Part shown: positions 19,534 to 29,005 of the stretch, one piece after another
Layout of the letters: each line of letters opens with the position of its first letter
Numbering within the stretch: the stretch's first letter is position 1
NCBI GenBank assembly: GCA_963720465.1
Contig: OY970393.1
Location: 2,080,001 to 2,144,000, forward strand
Reading direction: 5' to 3'
DNA: 64,000 nucleotides
Source of the DNA: Methanobacteriota archaeon
GTDB taxonomy: Archaea; Halobacteriota; Bog-38; Methanoflorentales; Methanoflorentaceae
Translations under genes and position numbers: made by a program
Notes under the pieces: generated by a model
Told to the model about the DNA's origin: nothing
The model's database searches: none
What the model saw: only the letters and a program-made list of their open reading frames with translations

Positions 19534-21264
19534 TCAAGCCTTTTTGAGCTTTACGAATAGACTGTCAGTGTCTCCGTAGATCACCTCGAGACCGTGCTTC
19601 CCAGCACGCTCAACCGCGTCCTGTATGATAGTGCGTCCCCACGCTGTCGTTGCTTCAGCACATTCTTTGCGGTACCACTTCGCTGCGTGCCATCCAGTAT
19701 AGCCGTAGAACGCGTTTGTCAGGATCTTGATTGCGTTCTGGTGAACATCAAGGATGGTATAATCATCTGAACCCTTGTCAGTCTGAGCCATTTGTTCTCT
19801 AACCGTTTTTCTTCGTTCAATTAAGTTCGTGAGGATGAGTTTGAAGAATCCATCGGGGTGCTTCCTAAATCGATACTCGGTTCCGGGGGCCTCGTAGAAT
19901 TCCGTATGCTTTTCGTCTGGCGACACGACGGTGTCCGGTGATATGTTATAGCCAATCATTATCGAAGGGTACATAGATGAAAAATCGAGGCTGAGTACGT
20001 CTTCGTGCACGCCGGGTTTTGGAAACAGGACGAAGCCCCCAACGTAGCTGCCCGTGCCCCCTCCTTTCGCAGGCACAATTTCATTTATCTTGAACGCCTC
20101 GGCAACCAAAAGTGACTCGACTTGCCGTCCCCTCCCCATTCTTGATACCTCGTCGAGTGGCCGTCTCACGATCCGCGAAAATTCAAATTGACTGGGAAGT
20201 AGCCGCTCTGCGACCCCCCACGTGCTCACCACATCAGCTTTTGAATAATCAAAAAGAACCTGCCTAAGCTCAGGATCGTTCCAATACCGGGCCATATCCC
20301 AACCCGGAACTTGTGCGCGATCCGACTTGCGCATGACCCCCATATAGTCGGCGACATTGTCCAAAGTCTTGACGCTGAGCTCGCTTAAGTCCCGTTTTAC
20401 GACCTTGTACAAGTCGACGTTGCTGCGTCCGAAGATCCTGACCTCTTTCACGCCGCCCCCGGCGCTGAACTTGGCAGGACTCCCGTCCCTTCCGATCGTT
20501 AAGCGGAGCTTGAATTTTTCTGCTCTCGTTTTCAAGTATTGCCAATCAAACTCGTCAGTGTTGTAGCCGACGATAACGTCGGGGTCATATTCGTGAATGA
20601 AGGAGATGAAGTCGGCGATGACCCGCCTATCATCGTTATCATCACCAACCGAAAAGAAGGTTGTTTCATCGGCTCCGGTAGCTATAGAAATGATGATGAT
20701 AGGGTCTTTGCTCGGAATTGGAACGCCACCGTGGCTTAGCATCTCACAGTCGAAGGCCATTACTTTGAGATCGGGGTTCTTACGGTGCTGTTCGGCTTCT
20801 ATGTGGTCGACATCGATGGCAAAGGAAAAATGCGGATCGGCGCGTTCGCGCCCTTCCACCAGAACCTGATCCATAGGTACGAGTTCGCGATCGATTACGT
20901 ACCGGACGGCGAATAGAATGTCTGCTTCCCTGACACTCACGCCAACTGCAGCTACCTTTTCGCGCAATATCGGCACGTGTTGCGGGTGATCGACGTACAC
21001 TTTGAGAACAGTGACGGGCTGTCCAAAATCCTTGCGCACGACACGTTCGACGCGATTCGGCCGGATCTCCTCACCAGACCGCATCGACGCTATAGACATT
21101 ATGGCGTCAGCGTCGTCCGTTACCGCATAAAAATAGGGTTCAAAATTAGGATCGTAGGCGATGATATTGCGACCGAGCTCGTCTTTAAGCCACATGCGAA
21201 TCACTGCTCGACCGTCCAACGTGATGTAGTCAACATCAAGCAAAAAGCATCGAAGCCGCATCAA
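19534..21264 (-). CDS. polB: Family B DNA polymerase, N-terminal subunit (uracil pocket, exonuclease, motifs A-C)
   Basis: FDCE, YNTDEFD and YSKAD exonuclease motifs; DFSSMYPS, KILTNAFYG, YGDTDS, then a stop. Confidence 0.95.
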   Translation of the reverse strand: MMRLRCFLLDVDYITLDGRAVIRMWLKDELGRNIIAYDPNFEPYFYAVTDDADAIMSIASMRSGEEIRPNRVERVVRKDFGQPVTVLKVYVDHPQHVPILREKVAAVGVSVREADILFAVRYVIDRELVPMDQVLVEGRERADPHFSFAIDVDHIEAEQHRKNPDLKVMAFDCEMLSHGGVPIPSKDPIIIISIATGADETTFFSVGDDNDDRRVIADFISFIHEYDPDVIVGYNTDEFDWQYLKTRAEKFKLRLTIGRDGSPAKFSAGGGVKEVRIFGRSNVDLYKVVKRDLSELSVKTLDNVADYMGVMRKSDRAQVPGWDMARYWNDPELRQVLFDYSKADVVSTWGVAERLLPSQFEFSRIVRRPLDEVSRMGRGRQVESLLVAEAFKINEIVPAKGGGTGSYVGGFVLFPKPGVHEDVLSLDFSSMYPSIMIGYNISPDTVVSPDEKHTEFYEAPGTEYRFRKHPDGFFKLILTNLIERRKTVREQMAQTDKGSDDYTILDVHQNAIKILTNAFYGYTGWHAAKWYRKECAEATTAWGRTIIQDAVERAGKHGLEVIYGDTDSLFVKLKKA

Positions 21265-21321
21265 TAAACGAAAGTTTTCGATGCTACATAAACGTGCCGA
21301 GGAAGGCGCAAATATTACGGT

Positions 21322-21771
21322 TTAAAAGAAAAAGTCCATTTCTTTGATATCAAGGTCGTCTTTGCTTATTGCGCCATCGTCAAGAATGGAGCGCCTTATC
21401 AGCACTGTAGTTTCTGCTCGAATCGCGAGCGCAATACAGTCGCTCGGACGGGCATCAAGTTGCTTTTCAGTCCCATTAACCTTTATGGAGAGTCGCGCAT
21501 AGTAGATTCCTTCGTCGACGTCGTCTATGACTACGGTGACGATGCTCGCTTCAAAGTTCTCGAGTATCGACATTATCAAATCGTGTGTCATAGGGCGTGA
21601 CGGCACCTCTCCGTGCAGGGCTGCATTTATTGAGATTGCTTCAGAGATGCCGATATAGATCGGCAGGAAGCGGTGTCCGTCATCGGTCAACAATACCACT
21701 GGCGTATGTCCAGTAGTCGTGCTAACCATGTATATCCCCTTAACCTCCACCGGGGTTACTTCATCTACCAT
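21322..21771 (-). CDS. Bifunctional nuclease family protein (DUF151)
   Basis: LPIYIG..EA, RPMTHDL, DARPSDCIALA. Confidence 0.9.
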   Translation of the reverse strand: MVDEVTPVEVKGIYMVSTTTGHTPVVLLTDDGHRFLPIYIGISEAISINAALHGEVPSRPMTHDLIMSILENFEASIVTVVIDDVDEGIYYARLSIKVNGTEKQLDARPSDCIALAIRAETTVLIRRSILDDGAISKDDLDIKEMDFFF

Positions 21772-21974
21772 TATTTACACCAATACTGTAGCTGTATATT
21801 AAATTGACTGCCGCTTAATACGCGCGTTAGTGTCTATAACAACGCGAAAGCAGCCCCCTGTAGGTCGCGTTGATTCGGACATGCCGCGCTATCGGTTCAG
21901 CACGATTCAAAGTTCTTCTACGCATACGCTAGTACATTTGCGTGCGCGCCTATCGCGATACGTGAAAAACCTTG

Positions 21975-22032
21975 AGTCCTGCAAGGCTAATATATACATT
22001 AGCAGTCCTGCAAGGCTAATATATACATTAGC
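21975..22032 (+). repeat. Perfect 29-bp tandem duplication in the hisH promoter region
   Basis: AGTCCTGCAAGGCTAATATATACATTAGC occurs twice in tandem. Confidence 0.95.
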
Positions 22033-22090
22033 ACACATCACTGAAGTAGGCATCACAGAGATATCGATCGCTTCGCTCACGCCTAGGGCA

Positions 22091-22711
22091 ATGAAAAGAA
22101 TTATTATAATTGATTACGGTCTCGGCAATTTAAGAAGTGTAACGCGCGGCCTCGAGCGTGCAGGGGCGCAGGCGGAGATCACTTCAGAAGCCAGTCAGCT
22201 CGTCCGAGCAGACGGCTTGGTGCTTCCAGGAGTGGGGGCATTCAAAAGCGGCATGCACAACATCAAAGATAAGAAAAGAGCGTTACTGCGTGCCGTAGAC
22301 GAAGGTACACCCGTGCTAGGAATCTGCTTAGGGATGCAGATGTTGCTCACCGCGAGCGATGAAGGTCGGAGTGAAAGCAGGCCGGTCGAGGGCTTAAATC
22401 TCCTTAAAGGCTACGTCAAGCGATTCAACTTTGGGACCACCTCAGAGAAACTTAAAATACCCCACATGGGATGGAATCGCCTGGAGGTGGTAAAAGAGAA
22501 CGCTTTGGTCCAAGGTGCCAACGGTGCATACGCGTATTTCGTTCACTCGTATTATGTGGAGCCCGGAGAACATACGGTTGCAACTTCAAACTATGGGACC
22601 GCATTTGCCGCTGTCGTTGCGAGCGGAAACGTTTTTGGAACGCAATTCCATCCAGAAAAGTCTTCTTCAGCCGGCTTGCAGATGTTGAAGAACTTTGTGG
22701 AGATATGCTAA
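22091..22711 (+). CDS. hisH: Imidazole glycerol phosphate synthase glutaminase subunit
   Basis: IDYGLGN, LPGVGAF, GICLGMQ, PHMGWN, YFVHSY, QFHPEKS. Confidence 0.97.
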   Translation: MKRIIIIDYGLGNLRSVTRGLERAGAQAEITSEASQLVRADGLVLPGVGAFKSGMHNIKDKKRALLRAVDEGTPVLGICLGMQMLLTASDEGRSESRPVEGLNLLKGYVKRFNFGTTSEKLKIPHMGWNRLEVVKENALVQGANGAYAYFVHSYYVEPGEHTVATSNYGTAFAAVVASGNVFGTQFHPEKSSSAGLQMLKNFVEIC

Positions 22712-24045
22712 TGGACCTTGAAGGCTACGCGAAAAGAGCCCTGAGGCAAGGCTTAGCAAAAGAAGTAATAGAGCGCACGCTCGCAGAGCGAATTCTAGAG
22801 GTCCGCGACATTCCTCTCGATTCCGCAGTGCGTATAGCCCAAGCGGTTCTCGAGGAAGCGGAACGCACTCTTTGTGACAGGGAACGATCTGGGGTCACGA
22901 TGGGTAATTTCGGGGTCGGCTCACGGGGATCCGGCGATTTCTATGTACACGAAGAAATAGCGAGGATCATCGGAAAAACGAGCGCGATTGTCGGCTCTGA
23001 TCAGCTTGATGATTCCGGAGTAGTCAGAGCAAAAGGTGACTTGATAGTGGTAACAGTAGACGGCATGCATTCGCGCTTGAGTGACTTCCCATTTCTCGCG
23101 GGATTCCACGTCACACGTGCATCCTTGCGGGATATCTATGTCATGGGTGCACAGCCGGTCGCCTTGTTTTCCGACATTCATCTCGCTGACGACGGGGACG
23201 TATCGAAGGTGTTTGACTATACGGCAGGCATCGGGGCAGTAGCGGACGTTATGAATGTTCCGTTAGTCACCGGAAGCACGTTGCGGGTTGGCGGCGACGT
23301 GGTGATCGGCGACCGACTGACAGGGTGCGTTGGTGCCGTCGGCGTAGCGAGCAATCAAGGCTTGACGGCGCGGATCAATGCACGCGAAGACGACGTTATT
23401 CTCATGACCGAAGGCGCTGGCGGCGGAACCATAACAGCTACAGCGCTGTATAATGGCCGTTCAGACGTGGTAAAGCAAACGTTGAACCTGAAGTTTCTTC
23501 ACGCGTGCGATAGGTTGCTACGAGATGGTCTCGTCACCAAGATACATGCGATGACTGATGTCACGAACGGCGGCATACGAGGAGATGCGGAGGAAATATC
23601 AAAAACGGCGCAGGTAAAGCTCGTTTTGGAAGAGGAGAAGATACGGCGGCTCATCGATCCCACGGTTTTGACTATGCTCGACGATTTGCAGATCGATTAC
23701 ATGGGCGTCTCCATTGATTCATTGCTCATAGTTGCTCCGGCTCAGCTCGAAGCGGAGATAAAAAGCACCCTAAACGGCGTCATAAAGGTCGATCAAGTAG
23801 GCCATGTTGAGTCAGGGAGCGGCGCCGAAGCACTCCGTGATGGTAAGCGGTTCACTATCACGCCGAAGTTCCGCGAATCAGCCTATACGCCCGTAAAGAA
23901 AGTGGTCGGTGAACACGCAGATCATCAAGAAATACAACAAATGCGTGCCCGGGTCGATTTGGCTGCCGCGCGCGCACTGCGCATGAAAGAACAAATGATC
24001 ACCTATCTCCGAACGGGAGACAACCTGCCCGACGTTAGCTGTTAG
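22711..24045 (+). CDS. AIR synthase-related (PurM/HypE fold) protein
   Basis: MDLEGY start, GVGSRG.GDF, DGMHSRLS, MTDVTNGG. Confidence 0.88.
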   Translation: MDLEGYAKRALRQGLAKEVIERTLAERILEVRDIPLDSAVRIAQAVLEEAERTLCDRERSGVTMGNFGVGSRGSGDFYVHEEIARIIGKTSAIVGSDQLDDSGVVRAKGDLIVVTVDGMHSRLSDFPFLAGFHVTRASLRDIYVMGAQPVALFSDIHLADDGDVSKVFDYTAGIGAVADVMNVPLVTGSTLRVGGDVVIGDRLTGCVGAVGVASNQGLTARINAREDDVILMTEGAGGGTITATALYNGRSDVVKQTLNLKFLHACDRLLRDGLVTKIHAMTDVTNGGIRGDAEEISKTAQVKLVLEEEKIRRLIDPTVLTMLDDLQIDYMGVSIDSLLIVAPAQLEAEIKSTLNGVIKVDQVGHVESGSGAEALRDGKRFTITPKFRESAYTPVKKVVGEHADHQEIQQMRARVDLAAARALRMKEQMITYLRTGDNLPDVSC

Positions 24046-24072
24046 GCAAAAACTAGCCCGTTGGATAGGGCC

Positions 24073-24098
24073 TTATTATGGCAATAGTCGCACATCCT
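24073..24098 (+). repeat. Left att site TTATTATGGCAATAGTCGCACATCCT
   Basis: Matches 33329-33354 with one mismatch; on the - strand it reads as a displaced gene end DVRLLP-stop-stop. Confidence 0.9.
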
Positions 24099-25225
24099 TT
24101 TCGGCTCAAACTGATCAATTTTTTGGGTGCTTTGATGCTATAGAGGGCTCGGGGGAGCTTTTTGATTCTGGCCGGAAGTTGCCTACTTTAAGCGAAAAGT
24201 TGTCTACTCCACAGCAGTCGCTGCAAAGTAGCGAGTGCACAATTGAAACAGCCCCCTGTAGTGTGAGCTGTGTTTCGTTTGGCCAGAATCCCACAGGCGA
24301 GACGCTTAGTGACATCGCATTGCCATTCACTGCTGGTGAACTTTCAGGGTATGTGTCCAACCGTTTGTTAGGTCTAGCAGAACCCTCCTGCATTTGGATT
24401 GAACGGGCTGCGAAGAAGTTGTGGCAAACTACCCTTGGCGTCATTTCGCAACATACCTTGCAACAACTGCGAGCGGAAACGCTACAGCGGTATCACTGCT
24501 CTACGAGCCACAGCAAGATCCTCTCGTTTGCGCAGTCTTTTCTGTCGTACCTCACGAAGGTCAGGCTCGATACCCTCTATCTTGCCTTCGGAATCTTCTT
24601 GCAGATGTCCAAAGCGGTGAAGGTACGAAAAGCAATTACGTCGCGCATTATTACGCAGGTCGACATCAAAAATGTGCTTCGATACATCAAACGAGCTGAA
24701 CAAGAGGGCAAGATATCGCAGGGCAGATCGTTGCAATATGTAGCGTTTATTCTGTTCGGAGCATACACAGGACAGCGGGCTATGTCGACGATTTCGCATC
24801 TCAAAGTGGGGCAATTTAGAGCTGCTCTTAAAACTGAAAAGCCAGTGCTGCTCGTAAAAGCTAACCAGGACAAGATAAGGATGGAACACTATGTGCCACT
24901 TTGTCCTCAAGTGGTGCGAGCTATTGAGCCGCTGTTGGACGGAAGAGGCGATGATGAACTTATGTTCATATACAACTCGCTGGTCATATGGCTAAAGCGA
25001 GAGCATATTCTCCTTTCACGGATAGCAACGCATTTCACGCCTGGAGATCTCAGGAAGCCGGTAGAACAAACTGGCGATATTATTCAATGGGATCAGTCAA
25101 ACCGAGCTTACGTCCTGACGCATGGCGTTTCAGGCGTTTCGTGGGCACATTATCGGCATCCATTGCCAGAGAACGTATATGATATCTATATGGAGTACTG
25201 GAGAAACGTCGATTTCACAGTCTAA
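24074..25225 (+). CDS. Tyrosine integrase, C-terminal (catalytic) portion
   Basis: YTGQR (R), DKIR (K), DLRK, LTHG and AHY (Y). The frame is open from the att site to the stop, with no ATG start near the 5' end. Confidence 0.85.
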   Translation, partial: YYGNSRTSFSAQTDQFFGCFDAIEGSGELFDSGRKLPTLSEKLSTPQQSLQSSECTIETAPCSVSCVSFGQNPTGETLSDIALPFTAGELSGYVSNRLLGLAEPSCIWIERAAKKLWQTTLGVISQHTLQQLRAETLQRYHCSTSHSKILSFAQSFLSYLTKVRLDTLYLAFGIFLQMSKAVKVRKAITSRIITQVDIKNVLRYIKRAEQEGKISQGRSLQYVAFILFGAYTGQRAMSTISHLKVGQFRAALKTEKPVLLVKANQDKIRMEHYVPLCPQVVRAIEPLLDGRGDDELMFIYNSLVIWLKREHILLSRIATHFTPGDLRKPVEQTGDIIQWDQSNRAYVLTHGVSGVSWAHYRHPLPENVYDIYMEYWRNVDFTV

Positions 25226-25254
25226 GACTGTAAGTAACTTGATTTCAGTGCTGA

Positions 25255-25367
25255 GCCCCGCTGAAAGGAAAAACTGTGAACCTATGGGCGATATACTACA
25301 GTGGGATCAGTCAAATAAGAACTACATACTCACTCATGACGTTTCTGGAGTCGATTGGCGGTTCTAA
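25255..25367 (+). pseudogene. Second, diverged integrase C-terminal fragment
   Basis: RKNCEPMGDILQWDQSNKNYILTHDVSGVDWRF aligns with RKPVEQTGDIIQWDQSNRAYVLTHGVSGVSWAH. Confidence 0.85.
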
Positions 25368-25923
25368 CTGAATTCGCCTTTTAACAACCGCTCATTATGT
25401 TTCCGTGCGGTCCCGTATGCGTCTGCGATTCCGACTAACCAGACAAGCGGATACGTAATGAACCGATTAGCACGAACATTAGAAGAACGTTCATCACCTG
25501 AACTATCATAAGGACGATTCCTTTCGCTATCTGTCCGTTATATATCTGTCCTAAACCGGCCCAGAAGAACGATAGCACAGCAGCAACACCGGGATTTTTC
25601 TTATACATTGATATTAACGCCAAGTCTGAAGGTGTTAATTCTCTCGGTGCTGGAGCTAGTGCTGGCGCTGGTGCTTTATCCAAAAACCTGAACGGATCTG
25701 CTGCTCTTCTCCCAAAGTCAAGGTAGGCCTTAAAGCCCCTCACCACTAGATCATCTTTTACGTCGTCTTTAGCTGACTGCTTGAGTTCTTGCAGTTGGTA
25801 TACTTGTGTTCCACTGATTGGCGACAGTGTGTTGTTGAAACCTGTGCCACACCTAGGACAATAATTAGAATCTGGTATAAGTTCGGTGCCACAATTTATA
25901 CAATTTCTTTTGCTTTCGTCCGT
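25364..25923 (-). pseudogene. Zinc-ribbon + TM2-like membrane protein with ACG at the start position and a late frameshift
   Basis: The frame extends upstream to ACG-DESKRNCINCG...CPRCG. It contains KNPGVAAVLSFFWAGLGQIYNG. After VLIG the expected tail FITYPLVWLVGIADAY lies in another frame. Confidence 0.7.
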
Positions 25924-25941
25924 TTGTGTATCCGGCCTCTC

Positions 25942-26002
25942 TGACGGAAAAATGAATCAAAAGCGTCAGATGGGGCCAATGAAGCTTAAGAATTGCTATC
26001 CG
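25942..26002 (-). repeat. 61-bp intergenic repeat, copy 1
   Basis: 58/61 identical to 26641-26701; lies just 5' of an RBS. Confidence 0.9.
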
Positions 26003-26051
26003 GTCACGAAGCGTAGAGCGTCGGCAGCTGAATCAGAGGGTCGCTCTAAAA

Positions 26052-26627
26052 TTACTTTGCTGTCGCCGTCATCGTTCCCCCCGTCACGAACTCGTCAGTT
26101 TGCACGATCCAACTTGCTCCAACCGAGAGCGGGAATATACTTATCGAATTAATTTTGACAGCCAGGTGTTTGACTGCTGCATCATGCGCCATCACTGTTT
26201 TATACGGGCTGACCATGTCCGTCGGGCCCGGTGCATTGACACCTGTATCGTTTTGCGTGAATCCAACGCTCTGTTCGTTGTAGAACTTCGCCGCGTCGTC
26301 GGTGCTTGAGAATTGCGTGATATTGTAAGTATACGTTGTTATCGTCCCATTTGGATAGAAGCTGTTATATGTCGTGTTTTCGATCGTTGCGCTCATTCGT
26401 GCCGCATCCGACCCGTTTTCGACAACATTTGAACTGACGACCGTCGAGTTCTCTCCGGGATTGTTCTTGATGTTCGTCAGGAGTGCGTTTGCCAATTCGA
26501 CTGCCTTGTTCGACGGCGAGACTGTGTTTTGCGCAGTTTGAACCGGATTGGTACATCCGCTTATACCGACGACGAGAACCGCAATGATGCCTAGCATCAA
26601 AACCATTTTTAACGTAATTTTGATCAT
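26052..26627 (-). CDS. Predicted lipoprotein
   Basis: Signal peptide with ISGC lipobox; Thr/Asn/Ser-rich. Confidence 0.8.
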   Translation of the reverse strand: MIKITLKMVLMLGIIAVLVVGISGCTNPVQTAQNTVSPSNKAVELANALLTNIKNNPGENSTVVSSNVVENGSDAARMSATIENTTYNSFYPNGTITTYTYNITQFSSTDDAAKFYNEQSVGFTQNDTGVNAPGPTDMVSPYKTVMAHDAAVKHLAVKINSISIFPLSVGASWIVQTDEFVTGGTMTATAK

Positions 26628-26640
26628 TTATCGCCCCCCT

Positions 26641-26701
26641 TGACGGAAAAATGAATCAAAAGCGTAAGACGGGGTCAATGAAGCTTAAGAATTGCTATCC
26701 G
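26641..26701 (-). repeat. 61-bp intergenic repeat, copy 2
   Basis: 58/61 identical to 25942-26002. Confidence 0.9.
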
Positions 26702-26734
26702 TGGTTTAGTGGATGACTGTTGACTCGTTGCATC

Positions 26735-27352
26735 TCACGCTACTACTTGAAACGTTGTCACTCCCGTCGATATTCCTGCTCCGGTAAACGCGCACTCGAT
26801 CGTGTGCGTTCCGATTGGCAGACCCTGTGCAGTAGGCATATTATACGTCAAACCACCCGGATTGTCGCAGATCGTACCACTAGCCACTAAGACAAGTTGT
26901 CCGTCAATATACCAGAACGGCGTATAGCACTGTGTCATATCAGAGCACGTCGCACTGAAATATGTGAACGTTACGTTTGTCTGACTGACTGTCGCCGGAA
27001 CTGCGTCCCAAGTTAGTGTCGTTGGCACGTTTGGTGTCGGCGTCGGTGTGGAGGTCGGTGTGGGCGTCGGCGTTGCGGCTATAGGTGTCGCCACTGCGGG
27101 AGTCGGCGTTGCGGCTATAGGTGTCGCCACTGCGGGAGTCGGCGTTGCGGCTATAGGTGTCGCCACTGCGGGAGTCGGCGTAGACGTAGACGTCGACGGT
27201 AACGCACTTGTTTGTGTAGGCGTCGCGGTCGATTGGCCCGTGGGCGCCATCGACGGGTTACTGGGGACGTTTATTTGGATGCAGCCAGCCACCCCCGCAA
27301 GGACAGTCACGAGCGCGACTACAACGCATGCCATTACCACCTTTTTTATCAT
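26735..27352 (-). CDS. Predicted lipoprotein with Thr/Pro stalk and C-terminal Ig-like domain
   Basis: VAGC lipobox, TPTPAVATPIAA x3, beta-rich end (GTHTIECAFTG). Confidence 0.8.
   Translation of the reverse strand: MIKKVVMACVVVALVTVLAGVAGCIQINVPSNPSMAPTGQSTATPTQTSALPSTSTSTPTPAVATPIAATPTPAVATPIAATPTPAVATPIAATPTPTPTSTPTPTPNVPTTLTWDAVPATVSQTNVTFTYFSATCSDMTQCYTPFWYIDGQLVLVASGTICDNPGGLTYNMPTAQGLPIGTHTIECAFTGAGISTGVTTFQVVA
27066..27181. repeat. 36-bp coding tandem repeat, about 3.2 copies
   Basis: GTCGGCGTTGCGGCTATAGGTGTCGCCACTGCGGGA x3 plus 8 bp. Confidence 0.95.
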
Positions 27353-27408
27353 ACGCTTAGCCTCATACGGCTTTCTTCCTCAAAAAAAGAAAGAGAAGAG
27401 GTAAAGAA

Positions 27409-27933
27409 CTACGACAGGTTCGTTACCACTGAATTAAAGTCGTCGTTGTATGTTAAAGTCGTTGCTTTCGCGCCCTGCGGGATTTCGAACGCTATCTGGC
27501 CTGTAACATGCTCTCCGGCATTCGTACCTGACACAACATTAAGTGGGTTGGTAAGGTCGAACGAAGAAGAAGAGTATTGGTAGACGGTTCCGTCGGCGGT
27601 AGTCAGTTTGAAATAAAGCGGATTGCCGATGTCCCAATTGTTCTCGTTGAGATTTTTGACTGTCACGTTGAAGATGAGGTACTCGTTGCCTGCTTGGGGC
27701 GTGTCTACGGCGTAGCCGCTCCCTATTTGGCTTGCTGTGTACTGCGAATTGACCGTTACGGCGATGGCTGAGCTGCCACTAGCACCGCCACCGCCCGACG
27801 AATTTTGCGTCGTGGTATTCGTCGTGCAACCACAGGTTGCGACCAAAACGAGCGCACCGATAAATAATAGCGGTAGCGCCTTTTTCAACGGCATCTTGAT
27901 GTACCGTTTCATCATCCTAGCTATTGGATTCAT
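27409..27933 (-). CDS. DUF4352-family lipoprotein
   Basis: Close paralog of 6972-7490; GGAGG RBS. Confidence 0.82.
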   Translation of the reverse strand: MNPIARMMKRYIKMPLKKALPLLFIGALVLVATCGCTTNTTTQNSSGGGGASGSSAIAVTVNSQYTASQIGSGYAVDTPQAGNEYLIFNVTVKNLNENNWDIGNPLYFKLTTADGTVYQYSSSSFDLTNPLNVVSGTNAGEHVTGQIAFEIPQGAKATTLTYNDDFNSVVTNLS

Positions 27934-27949
27934 ATTTAACCTCCTATCT

Positions 27950-28477
27950 TTAAATGATTGACATCCCGCAGCCGCTGCAGAATATTGCCTTTGGTGTCAA
28001 TTTCTTTCCGCACCGTCCGCACACTGTGTAGCTGTGGGTGCTGCTGAGCGCCGTTCCGTTTAAAGTCGACGACGCGCTAGTGTATGAAGAGGTCTCTTGC
28101 GCCGCCGCAAATGATTCAGAATGTGCAACCGACGGCTGATGCGAGACCACCTCGTGCTCGGTCTTCCGTGCGAAAATCACAATAGCTCCCACAAGGAAGA
28201 ACAAGAATGGAAGCAGTCCGAAGAGGCTGATGGAAACGAGCACGCCAACTGCTGCAATGAGCATCAACGTGCCTCCAATTAGCCTCCTCCGTTCAAAGAC
28301 GCCGCCTGTTACCCCGACAATGGAGAATATGAAAGCAGCTAGGCCGAGCCCGTAGAGCGTAGTGCTCTGCGAGCTTGTTGAATATGTCGCTGAAATACTT
28401 CCTACCAGAACAGCGATGATACCTCCCACAAAACCAAGAAACCCCCCAATGAGTCCTATCCAAAATGCTTTACCCAC
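27950..28477 (-). CDS. DUF4064-like membrane protein with C-terminal zinc ribbon
   Basis: Paralog of 7514-7870 plus CGRCG...FCSGCG. Confidence 0.75.
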   Translation of the reverse strand: MGKAFWIGLIGGFLGFVGGIIAVLVGSISATYSTSSQSTTLYGLGLAAFIFSIVGVTGGVFERRRLIGGTLMLIAAVGVLVSISLFGLLPFLFFLVGAIVIFARKTEHEVVSHQPSVAHSESFAAAQETSSYTSASSTLNGTALSSTHSYTVCGRCGKKLTPKAIFCSGCGMSII

Positions 28478-28573
28478 AGATTTCCCCCCTTAGGTTCAGC
28501 AATGAGTCTGCGCCGCACTAGCGACACATGACCATTAAGTTGTAGCTACAGTCGTCTCGCCTTTTGACTACTC

Positions 28574-28990
28574 CTAGTTGCCAGCAAGCGGTTGTTGTTG
28601 AGCACGCTGTTGCAACATTCTTTGATTCATCATCCGCTGATAAATGGTGGGCTGAACCTCGTTGATTTTGTCCTTCTCAATATGAAATACGGGATTCTGT
28701 GTAATACCGAGGTCGTCTTCGTACGTTAGCAGCATGAACATCTGTTTCTTCTTCCACGCAAATGCGAAAAGACCCGTTAACAGCAATCGTGTCTTTGTTA
28801 GCTTGTCTTGCGACATGCTCGAAACGTTTGTTATATTTAGATAGGGTATCATGGTTGGAAACTCGGGTATTTCCAGATAATCCGGATTGAGCGCCAAATT
28901 CACATCCATTTCCTTTGGATACCCAGAATGCCCACCAAGATATTTTGCTTTGTACGAGAAGTCCGTTCCTTTTTTTCCAAATAGTGCCAT
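28574..28990 (-). CDS. Hypothetical protein, possibly PH-like fold
   Basis: YLGGH motif, IPY.NI..V, short hydrophobic segment LLLTGLFAFAWKKK. Confidence 0.65.
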   Translation of the reverse strand: MALFGKKGTDFSYKAKYLGGHSGYPKEMDVNLALNPDYLEIPEFPTMIPYLNITNVSSMSQDKLTKTRLLLTGLFAFAWKKKQMFMLLTYEDDLGITQNPVFHIEKDKINEVQPTIYQRMMNQRMLQQRAQQQPLAGN

Positions 28991-29005
28991 AGTTTACAAC
29001 TCCGT

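Noticed and set aside
25942-26701. Canonical integron attC sites
   Set aside because: No RYYYAAC/GTTRRRY ends, and the integrase does not resemble IntI.
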